NCBI GenBank assembly: GCA_043822785.1
Contig: JBDRBN010000107.1
Coordinates: forward strand, 1 to 15,146
Direction: 5' to 3'
Origin: Pseudomonadota bacterium
Lineage (GTDB): Bacteria > UBA10199 > 2-02-FULL-44-16 > JAAZCA01
DNA: 15,146 nucleotides
Below, piece by piece: positions 9,893 through 15,146 of this stretch; position 1 is the stretch's first letter, and each line of letters opens with the position of its first letter. The notes beneath the pieces are model-generated. The model had not been told where the DNA came from, searched no databases, and worked only from the letters and a program-made list of their open reading frames with translations. The translations under genes were made by a program, and so were the position numbers.

Positions 9893-9964
9893 GCGAGAAA
9901 GGCGAGACACGCGAGAAAAGCGAGACACGTTTCTTGCGTTGCTGGCGTTTCTCGCGTTGCTTGC
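9893..9964. repeat. Four direct plus four inverted 9-mers upstream of mutL
   Basis: GCGAGAAAG GCGAGACAC GCGAGAAAA GCGAGACAC | GTTTCTTGC GTTGCTGGC GTTTCTCGC GTTGCTTGC. Confidence 0.85.
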
Positions 9965-10071
9965 GCCTTTTTGGTTCACTAACATGCAAAATCTGCCATT
10001 TCAACGCCTATTAAGCCCGTCTTTTCCTGCTTGAACTCGCGGCCCAAACCGAGCAAGATACAAAAAATAAT

Positions 10072-12693
10072 ATGAAACCATTTGTGCCATACGAACTTAC
10101 GCTTACCGAGCGTGCGCTGATCGCAATAGGCCCCATATGGCGATGGTTTGCGCGCCATTTTCCAAAGGCATTTGCCATTCCCACGCCTCCCCCTTTGCAT
10201 CCATCTGCAATGTTTACAGATCCCAACTGGATCTTTCGCCTTATATTCCCCAGGTTTTTTAGGCGAATAAGCGTAGACGACGAAGCTGTGCAAAGGCTTG
10301 CGCAAGCTGCCGAGGGCACAACTGTTGTCTATATAACCAAATATGTGGGCCAGTTGGAATACAACTACTTCAACCACTTGTTTGCAGAACGAAATCTACC
10401 TTTAGCAAGTTATTCAAACGCGCTGGGCCTTAGGCGTTGGAAAAAGCCGCGCGCTTGGTGGCGATCGATCGCGCTTCAAGAAAGTGAAATCGAAAAGCAC
10501 GGGCGGCCTCTTGATCCAATAACCGATGGACTGCTTGCTGACATGATCGCAGGCAGCAAGAGCGCGCTCATAAAAATACCTCCGGCTGATCTGGAAGAAG
10601 AGGAGTTTGTATTTACAGCCCCGATCAAAGCGCTTAGTGCCATCGTAAAAGCGCAGCGCAAGAGCACAAAACCCATCATGATCGCACCGCTCGATTTTCT
10701 GTGGACCAGAAGGCCGCCAAAAGCCGGGCGTTCTTTCATCGATATAATCTTTGGCAATACAGAATCGCCAGGCAGGATTCGCAAGTTTTATCTGTTTTGG
10801 AGAAACTATAAGCGCAGGGCGCAGGCATCGATTGGAGTGCCCATAGATGTGAGAAGCTTTCTAAACGAAAACCCAGCTGCGTCAGACGAGGAGTTGGCAC
10901 TAAAACTACGCCAACGTCTCAGCCAAGAGCTCAGACTTCAAAGACATGCAATCACAGGCGCTCCTATTCGGCCGCGAACCTGGTTCATACAAGCTATTCT
11001 CTCAGATGATGCTTTGGACAATGCCATCTGCGAAATAGCAACCAGCCGAGGCAAAGAAGCTGACAACGTAAGGGAACTTGCGCTTCGGTATGCAAAAGAA
11101 ATCGTATCTGATCTTGACTACTCCTATGTTGAGTTCTTCGAGCGCGTGTTGGCACGCACGCTGGTAAAACTGTTTGAGTCGTTTAACGTGGATAAAGAAG
11201 GTTTGGCCCGAGCAAAAGATCTGTTCCAAAAGGGCCCTGTGATATTTGTTCCAAATCACAAAAGCCATGCAGACTATCTTATCCTCTCCTACGTGCTTTA
11301 TCACAATGGCATGAGCATCCCTCTCATCGCCGCTGGCAAGAACTTAAGTTTTTGGCCGCTAGGAAGGATATTTCGCAAGTGCGGTGCGTTTTTCATAAGA
11401 AGATCGTTTCGAGGCAATGAACTTTACAAGGCAGTGTTAGAAACTTATTTGAAAGTGCTGCTCAAAGAGGGTCACAGCCAAGAGTTTTTTATCGAAGGCG
11501 GTCGCAGCCGTACTGGCAAACTAAAGAGCCCACGAACCGGCATGCTCTCTATGTTACAAAAAGCCGCCAGCAAAGGCGACGTAAAAAATATGCACTATGT
11601 GCCGGTGTCCATTACCTACGACAGGGTAATCGAACAAAAGAGTTATATGAAAGAATTGGCAGGCGAAAACAAAGAAGAAGAACGCACAAGCCATTTGCTA
11701 AAGCTCACCAAGTTTCTAAAAAGAGGCAAGATGAGCTATGGCTCCATCTATGTGCGCTTCGGCACGCCGCTGTCTTGCGCGGAAGCGGGCGCGGAACCGA
11801 AAGACTTGGAAAAGCTTGCGCAGAATATATGCCGGGAAATTAATCGCCACATAGTCGTAACGCCTGCAGCCGTGTCTGCTGCTGCCCTGCTGTGCGTTTC
11901 AAGAAGAGGTGTAACGTTTTCTGAATTTAGACAGAACGCGCAGGCTATATTGGCATGCCTTTCTGCTAAAGGAGCAGAGATTCCTCCCATGCTCGCCGAG
12001 TCCCCCCTGGCCATACTTCAGGATGCGATCTCAAGGCTCTCTCATCAAAAACTCGTAACAGCGCACCATGATGCGCTTGAACCATTTATATCGATTGATG
12101 AATCAAAGCGCGTGCCCCTTTCCTATGTCAGAAACAGCATCGCGCATTTTCTTGTCACGACAGGTGTTGTGTGCAGGCTCATACGCTGGCACATACGAAA
12201 CGGCCGCTTTCCCAATGCTGATGATCTGGCCGATGATCTTGAAGGAACCAAAAGGCTCTTTCTCAGAGAGTTTCGATTTGCAACGAGCAAGAAACCCAAA
12301 GATCATATCGAAAACGCTGTGCGCTTTCTCTCATCACAGAGAGCTATAGAGCTTTCAGCTGAAAACAGGATCTCGATCACCACAGAGGGTAGAGCGTATA
12401 TGAACGTGTTTGAAGCGCAAATCTTGCCTTCGGTGGAAAGGGCCTGGATTGCAGCGCGTGTAATATTGGAAAGGCAAAAAATTGCTCAAGAAGAGCGTGC
12501 GCTTATCACCGAGATGCTAAATTCCGGAAGCGATTTGTATCTTCTTGGCAGAATAAAATTTCGCGAGACCATTACTCGCGATGGGTTTGCGAACGCAATA
12601 AAGACCCTTGAGGACTTTGGCCTTCTTTCATCTGAGAGGCCAAATGAAGATGCAGCCCACAACCTTAAAGTTGAGCTTGAAAAACTTCTCTGA
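10072..12693 (+). CDS. plsB: Glycerol-3-phosphate O-acyltransferase, PlsB/GPAT-DHAPAT family
   Basis: Catalytic NHKSHAD (HX4D), GAFFIRR, FFIEGGRSRTG and VPVSITYD; 873 aa. Confidence 0.85.
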   Translation: MKPFVPYELTLTERALIAIGPIWRWFARHFPKAFAIPTPPPLHPSAMFTDPNWIFRLIFPRFFRRISVDDEAVQRLAQAAEGTTVVYITKYVGQLEYNYFNHLFAERNLPLASYSNALGLRRWKKPRAWWRSIALQESEIEKHGRPLDPITDGLLADMIAGSKSALIKIPPADLEEEEFVFTAPIKALSAIVKAQRKSTKPIMIAPLDFLWTRRPPKAGRSFIDIIFGNTESPGRIRKFYLFWRNYKRRAQASIGVPIDVRSFLNENPAASDEELALKLRQRLSQELRLQRHAITGAPIRPRTWFIQAILSDDALDNAICEIATSRGKEADNVRELALRYAKEIVSDLDYSYVEFFERVLARTLVKLFESFNVDKEGLARAKDLFQKGPVIFVPNHKSHADYLILSYVLYHNGMSIPLIAAGKNLSFWPLGRIFRKCGAFFIRRSFRGNELYKAVLETYLKVLLKEGHSQEFFIEGGRSRTGKLKSPRTGMLSMLQKAASKGDVKNMHYVPVSITYDRVIEQKSYMKELAGENKEEERTSHLLKLTKFLKRGKMSYGSIYVRFGTPLSCAEAGAEPKDLEKLAQNICREINRHIVVTPAAVSAAALLCVSRRGVTFSEFRQNAQAILACLSAKGAEIPPMLAESPLAILQDAISRLSHQKLVTAHHDALEPFISIDESKRVPLSYVRNSIAHFLVTTGVVCRLIRWHIRNGRFPNADDLADDLEGTKRLFLREFRFATSKKPKDHIENAVRFLSSQRAIELSAENRISITTEGRAYMNVFEAQILPSVERAWIAARVILERQKIAQEERALITEMLNSGSDLYLLGRIKFRETITRDGFANAIKTLEDFGLLSSERPNEDAAHNLKVELEKLL

Positions 12694-12722
12694 ACCCCTC
12701 GCGCAAGATAGAAATACACCTT

Positions 12723-12916
12723 TTATTCACAGTGTGGATAATAAAAAACTAGCCAGATTGCATGCTGGTAAAATCTAACAACAACCTCAACCCATTGTTT
12801 TTTAATATTCTGCACTGCCTATAGATTAGGCAATGGAATGAAATCATGTATTCTGGCAGGATTGGATAAAGATTATCCACATTATCCACAGAGTTATCCA
12901 CGAAGATTGTGAACAA
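12723..12916. promoter_or_regulatory. DnaA-box cluster, candidate oriC
   Basis: Perfect TTATCCACA at 12733-12741 (-), 12873-12881 and 12882-12890. One mismatch at 12723-12731 and 12894-12902. Two mismatches at 12861-12869 (-) and 12908-12916 (-). AT-rich spacer between the two groups. Confidence 0.75.
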
Positions 12917-12918
12917 GG

Positions 12919-14259
12919 TTAACTGATTGCAAGCACGCTGCCATCTTCATCGTCAGAATCGTCAGCGTGTTCCTGATCGCCGTTACTTCCCCGGTCGTCT
13001 TCATCGCGATCGTGGCCTTGGCGTTCGTTGTGGCCTTCGCTGTCGCGCGCAGCCAATACGATATCGCGCAAGGACGTATCACTGAGTGAAGCCACAGCAA
13101 GCGCACTCGAAACGTGGATAAATGGAGGAAGACCGCCTTCCTTAGCCTGTAGGCAAACATTGGCAAATGGATCTTCACCATTTAACATTTGGTCTGTGAA
13201 ATGTGAACTCGCAAGGTTTTTGCCTTTCGGAGCTCCAGGAACAAACTCAATATCGCTGGGTAAGACTTTGTGAGCCGCATACCATGATGATGGAGTCCTG
13301 TTGCCGTGCTCACCTTCTTGCGGCATGGCTGTCTGTGATACCGGCTGAGAAGATTCATGAACGACAGCATCGTCCTTCGTATAATGCATTGAAGGATTGG
13401 GCTTTGATGACTGTCCATCTTGAACAGCCTCTTCTTTAGGCTTATCCTCGCACATTGCATATATTACACTCGCGCAGATTACATCTGCTGTATTGGTGAT
13501 CGATGTCTTATGTAGAGAATCAGCATTTGTAACGTCTCTTACTTTATGCGCACTGTCCACTAGCACATTTTCTACAGAAGACCTCGCATCGGGCATGCTA
13601 AGCTGCGGGGAAATCTCGACCAAAGGCGATTTTGGAGTTAAGAAAGGTGATTCATCAGTATTACTCACCACTCCTTCAGGAGGTACTGTGGCCATGCAAG
13701 GATTTTCTTCATCAACAGGAGCACAGGCTACATTAGCAGATTCAATTTCAGCGTTATCGTTTACATCCTGCTTTGGCTCATCGGATGGTATTTTAGCTTC
13801 AGGCTTGATCTCTTCGTTTATTTTAGATTGGGGCGAATACGATTCTGTGTATGTTTCTGGAGTTGAAAATTTTGCAGCATTGTTTTGAGTTTGCGCGCAG
13901 TTATTCGGCGCCCAGATGGGCTCTTCTGACTTTAATTCTTCGCTAAACCAACTCTGCCAAAAGGAAAGCCAATCCCAATAAGACTCCTCTTCTTCATCCT
14001 CGTTAAGATCAGCCACATGGAACTCGCAGTCATCCTTTAGCATGCGCACCGTTCCATCAGGCATGATCTCTGCAACAAACTCACCCTCATTGCTTACAAG
14101 GATTACTGTGCCATCAGAGCTGCAGATCGGAAAGAGCTCACATCCCAATATTTGCTCAAGATAGTCTTTAACCCGCTGCACATCCTCTTCAGATGATTTT
14201 TCGTGAGAAGTTTGCTCGGTAAAAAATAAGGAGGAAATTTTTTTTAATAGATCAGGCAT
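12919..14259 (-). CDS. Acidic, low-complexity hypothetical protein (about 446 aa)
   Basis: 1.3-kb open frame filling the intergenic space. Rich in D/E/S/P, with no motif I recognise. Confidence 0.75.
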   Translation of the reverse strand: MPDLLKKISSLFFTEQTSHEKSSEEDVQRVKDYLEQILGCELFPICSSDGTVILVSNEGEFVAEIMPDGTVRMLKDDCEFHVADLNEDEEEESYWDWLSFWQSWFSEELKSEEPIWAPNNCAQTQNNAAKFSTPETYTESYSPQSKINEEIKPEAKIPSDEPKQDVNDNAEIESANVACAPVDEENPCMATVPPEGVVSNTDESPFLTPKSPLVEISPQLSMPDARSSVENVLVDSAHKVRDVTNADSLHKTSITNTADVICASVIYAMCEDKPKEEAVQDGQSSKPNPSMHYTKDDAVVHESSQPVSQTAMPQEGEHGNRTPSSWYAAHKVLPSDIEFVPGAPKGKNLASSHFTDQMLNGEDPFANVCLQAKEGGLPPFIHVSSALAVASLSDTSLRDIVLAARDSEGHNERQGHDRDEDDRGSNGDQEHADDSDDEDGSVLAIS

Positions 14260-14303
14260 AGTCAAATCAGCTTAAATTCAATTTATTAGGCACCCTTTAT
14301 ATA

Positions 14304-14330
14304 TTATCGGTTGAAATCGGCCAAAGTTGC
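14304..14330 (-). promoter_or_regulatory. Sigma28 (FliA)-like promoter
   Basis: Minus strand GCAACTTT-N11-ACCGATAA versus consensus TAAAGTTT-N11-GCCGATAA, about 45 nt upstream of the ATG at 14259. Confidence 0.5.
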
Positions 14331-14432
14331 CGTGTTTTTGGGGACGTTTCCCTGTCAACAACTATATGATTTACAAGGCTTTTTAGACGCCTTTGTCGCT
14401 TTTTGGAACTTTTGCCCCATTGCCGGCCATTG

Positions 14433-14468
14433 TTGACAAAGCAGCTTAATGTATGACACAACGCCGCA
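14433..14468 (+). promoter_or_regulatory. Probable tRNA promoter
   Basis: Perfect TTGACA (14433-14438) and GC-rich discriminator-like ACGCCGC (14461-14467). The -10 element is poor. Confidence 0.45.
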
Positions 14469-14484
14469 CTTGGTTGTGAATTTT

Positions 14485-14512
14485 TTGGAATTTGGTACTT
14501 GGAGTTTGGAAT
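14485..14512. repeat. Heptamer array
   Basis: TTGGAAT TTGGTAC TTGGAGT TTGGAAT. Confidence 0.7.
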
Positions 14513-14518
14513 TTACGA

Positions 14519-14584
14519 TCAGGAGTCATCCAACGGTAGGATCCTTCGACTCGCCTCCAGCGTTGCTCGAGGCTCGCTCAGGAT
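14519..14584 (+). repeat. Direct repeat A: tRNA-Gln 5' 24 nt fused to a REP hairpin
   Basis: TCAGGAGTCATCCAACGGTAGGAT is identical to 15074-15097, followed by CCTTCGACTCGCCTCCAGCGTTGCTCGAGGCTCGCTCAGGAT. Confidence 0.92.
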
Positions 14585-14611
14585 GCACACCGTAACAGTT
14601 TAAAATTTAAT

Positions 14612-14971
14612 ATGACAGACAAAGCGAGTCGAAGAGTCCTGAGCGACGAACAAAGTGAGGAGTCGAAGGGAGCCTATACCATATACATATTAGAATTAGC
14701 CAATAATTCACTATATGTCGGAATGACTCGAGACATTAAACGAAGGCTACAAGAGCACAAAGGATCTAGTAAACGTAGATTCGTAACTCGAACCGGAAAT
14801 AAGAAACTTCTTTACCAGGAAACCTTTAATGACAAAATTTCAGCTGAAAACAGAGAAAAACAGTTAAAGAAGTGGAGTCGCCAGAAAAAATTAGCTTTAA
14901 TAGCTGGAGATAAAACAAAACTGAAAAAATTGAGTCGATGTAGATCTCATTCAGAGGTCGTACAATGGTAG
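14612..14971 (+). CDS. Small GIY-YIG nuclease (UPF0213/YhbQ-YazA-like)
   Basis: YTIYIL...LYVGMT.DIKRRLQEH...AENREKQLKKWSRQKKLALI, with the catalytic Tyr, Arg, His and Glu positions present. Confidence 0.9.
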   Translation: MTDKASRRVLSDEQSEESKGAYTIYILELANNSLYVGMTRDIKRRLQEHKGSSKRRFVTRTGNKKLLYQETFNDKISAENREKQLKKWSRQKKLALIAGDKTKLKKLSRCRSHSEVVQW

Positions 14972-15016
14972 GATCTTTCGACTCGCCTCCAGCGTTGCTC
15001 GAGGCTCGCTCAGGAT
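14951..15016 (+). repeat. Direct repeat B: divergent tRNA 5'-like fragment fused to the same REP hairpin
   Basis: 60/66 identical to 14519-14584. Five of the six mismatches are in the tRNA-like 24 nt. Confidence 0.9.
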
Positions 15017-15017
15017 A

Positions 15018-15069
15018 AGTCGTTGTAACTTCACCCGCTACATCCGCACCGGCTGAAGTAACAACGACT
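15018..15069. other. Stem-loop immediately upstream of tRNA-Gln
   Basis: AGTCGTTGTAACTTCA / TGAAGTAACAACGACT, a 16-bp IR with 1 mismatch and no U-tract. Confidence 0.75.
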
Positions 15070-15073
15070 AAAT

Positions 15074-15144
15074 TCAGGAGTCATCCAACGGTAGGATGCC
15101 GGTCTCTGGAACCGGTCATCGGGGTTCGAATCCCTGCTCCTGAG
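15074..15144 (+). tRNA. tRNA-Gln (anticodon CTG)
   Basis: Acceptor TCAGGAG/CTCCTGA (U1-A72), D stem ATCC/GGAT, anticodon stem CCGGT/ACCGG with loop CTCTGGA, T arm CGGGG-TTCGAAT-CCCTG and discriminator G. CCA is not encoded. Confidence 0.96.
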
Positions 15145-15146
15145 CA

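Larger units (their letters stand above)
14519..15073 (+). mobile_element. Putative tRNA-Gln-inserted GIY-YIG mini-element
   Basis: 555-bp segment delimited by an exact 24-bp tRNA 5' duplication, with a single AT-rich nuclease ORF and REP repeats. Confidence 0.65.

Noticed and set aside
9882..10004. Basic N-terminal extension of MutL in the ORF track
   Set aside because: It is a translation of the 9-mer array. The conserved MutL start with an RBS is at 9881.
14519..15016. CRISPR array from the 66-bp direct repeats
   Set aside because: There are only two units, separated by a 366-bp coding segment, and no cas genes.
14519..15097. tRNA intron or split tRNA with homing endonuclease
   Set aside because: An intact tRNA exists at 15074-15144, so no splicing is needed. 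I see no group I/II intron core.

Overview
Bacterial chromosomal window; the gene set suggests a deltaproteobacteria-like organism (weak inference). Leftward housekeeping genes are mutL, an inserted HTH-nucleotidyltransferase/HEPN pair, miaA, eno-rimI-pyrK-pyrD and rluD-pgeF. These are followed by a rightward PlsB-like acyltransferase, a dense DnaA-box cluster (candidate oriC with no dnaA in the window), an acidic orphan ORF with a sigma28-like promoter, and tRNA-Gln(CTG) at the right edge. The most unusual locus is a 555-bp insert at the 5' end of tRNA-Gln. It encodes only a small GIY-YIG nuclease, is bounded by an exact 24-bp duplication of the tRNA 5' end, and carries two 66-bp 'tRNA 5' fragment + REP hairpin' direct repeats. 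Intergenic spaces hold several nested repeat families: a 188-bp MITE with 18-bp TIRs and an 8-bp TSD (second copy partial and inverted), two REP-like families, and 7-mer and 9-mer arrays that appear to act as insertion sites. All coordinates were counted by eye and no database searches were run.
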